Shown here: positions 63,158 to 64,000 of the stretch, piece after piece
Position numbering within the stretch: position 1 is the stretch's first letter
How the letters are laid out: each line of letters opens with the position of its first letter
DNA from: a virus
Reading direction: 5' to 3' (one strand)
DNA: 64,000 bases
IMG/VR virus record: IMGVR_UViG_3300028388_003025
Location: 15,121-79,120 of that record
Program-made: the position numbers and the translations under genes
The notes under the pieces: generated by a model
What the model was told of the DNA's origin: nothing
Databases searched by the model: none
What the model saw: only the letters and a program-made list of their open reading frames with translations

Positions 63158-64000
63158 ATGTCAGTTTATAGCACAGACGGAACAATAGCCAACTCACAAT
63201 TAAAACAAGACATCACGAAAAAAATGGTTATTTGGAACAAGCTTGGTTCGCAGACTGAAGTTGAGAATAGTGAAATAGGTTCAAGTCCAGTAATCACAAG
63301 AGCAGATATTACCTATAGTACAGGTAAGTTTGATTGGAATGAAAATATTTTTGGAGTGGAAAAAGGTTGTTTGGAGTTTTGGTGGAAACCTAACTATGAG
63401 ATGACCAATGTTAATAGATATGCCTTATTTGATGGGAGTAATAATTTTGATGGAGGTTCGACTTCAAGAACTCTTTTATGGTGGTATGGTGACGACCCTA
63501 GTGGAGGAACTCTTATAATTCAAAGGGTTGGAGCACCACCAGATAGTGATTTTGAGGCTTTGCCTGGGGTAACTTTTACAAGTAGTCAATGGTATCATGT
63601 GGCATATGTATGGGACAATTCAGGGACATCAACAATTGATAATTCTGGTGATACGGTTAGAGTTTATTTTGATGGAGTTTCTGTCTTTTCTGCAAGCTCA
63701 ATTTATTCACCGACAAATAGGTCTTTGAGATTAGGCGGATGGATAAACACAGGAGCAAACGCTGAGAGGGCAAACGCCTATTTTGACAATCTAAAAATAT
63801 ATAACTATGCTAAAACAAATTTTAGCGATAGGTTTACAGAATACCCTCAAAAAATAAACGGCACAAATGTTTCAACTACTCCTTATAAACAGCTAATATT
63901 GTGGAACAAGCTTGGTTCGCAGACTGAAGTTGAGAATAGTGAAATAGGTTCAAGTCCAGTAATCACAAGAGCAGATATTACCTATAGTACAGGTAAGTTT
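63158..64000 (+). CDS. LamG/concanavalin-A-like tandem-domain virion protein (runs off window; not in ORF track)
   Basis: ATG 63158, frame open to the window end; GCLEFWWKP, QWYHVAYVWD, RVYFDG, LRLGG, AYFDNLKIYN. Confidence 0.85.
   Translation, partial: MSVYSTDGTIANSQLKQDITKKMVIWNKLGSQTEVENSEIGSSPVITRADITYSTGKFDWNENIFGVEKGCLEFWWKPNYEMTNVNRYALFDGSNNFDGGSTSRTLLWWYGDDPSGGTLIIQRVGAPPDSDFEALPGVTFTSSQWYHVAYVWDNSGTSTIDNSGDTVRVYFDGVSVFSASSIYSPTNRSLRLGGWINTGANAERANAYFDNLKIYNYAKTNFSDRFTEYPQKINGTNVSTTPYKQLILWNKLGSQTEVENSEIGSSPVITRADITYSTGKF
63233..64000 (+). repeat. Exact in-frame direct repeat of at least 99 bp (63233-63331 and 63902-64000)
   Basis: tggaacaagcttggttcgcag...acaggtaagttt identical in both copies, 669 bp apart. 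Confidence 0.92.

Noticed and set aside
63233-64000. Diversity-generating retroelement TR/VR pair
   Set aside because: The copies are identical (no adenine-specific mismatches), both are in frame within one gene, and no reverse transcriptase is in the window.
1-64000. tRNA genes, integrase, transposases
   Set aside because: No cloverleaf/T-loop signatures or recombinase/transposase motifs were recognised by eye; tRNAscan-SE would be needed to exclude tRNAs formally.

Overview
A 64-kb, AT-rich segment of a large tailed bacteriophage with a contractile tail (myovirus morphology). All credible genes are on the + strand. Gene order: accessory genes (CAAX/CPBP protease, nucleotidyltransferase-like); a ~300-nt structured intergenic RNA candidate; packaging genes (probable TerS, TerL); portal; a prohead protease fused to a complete ATP-dependent DNA ligase; scaffold; decoration protein; major capsid protein; neck; sheath; tube; a tail chaperone with a -1 frameshift; a 3098-aa tape-measure-position protein containing an intact DEDDh 3'-5' exonuclease domain; baseplate; and a fibre gene. 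A promoter-bounded 15-gene operon follows (about 42.8-55.5 kb) and is the most striking feature. It encodes two paralogous proteins ending in poly-serine tracts (9 and 34 Ser) plus a shared F(I/V)AYFNLNG terminus, eight radical SAM enzymes (six paralogues of one family with a C-terminal CGH-x12/13-CxxC motif), a NodU/CmcH-type carbamoyltransferase and two fucosyltransferase-like glycosyltransferases. This is a candidate phage-encoded RiPP-like or virion-protein hypermodification system. The window ends with a holin/M15 endolysin cassette and a second cluster of fibre/adhesin genes. Regulation also looks unusual: seven genes have a sigma70 -10 box exactly 6 nt before the ATG (leaderless), and the head and tail operons both have hairpins that sequester the RBS. 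All calls come from reading motifs and synteny by eye; no database searches were run.
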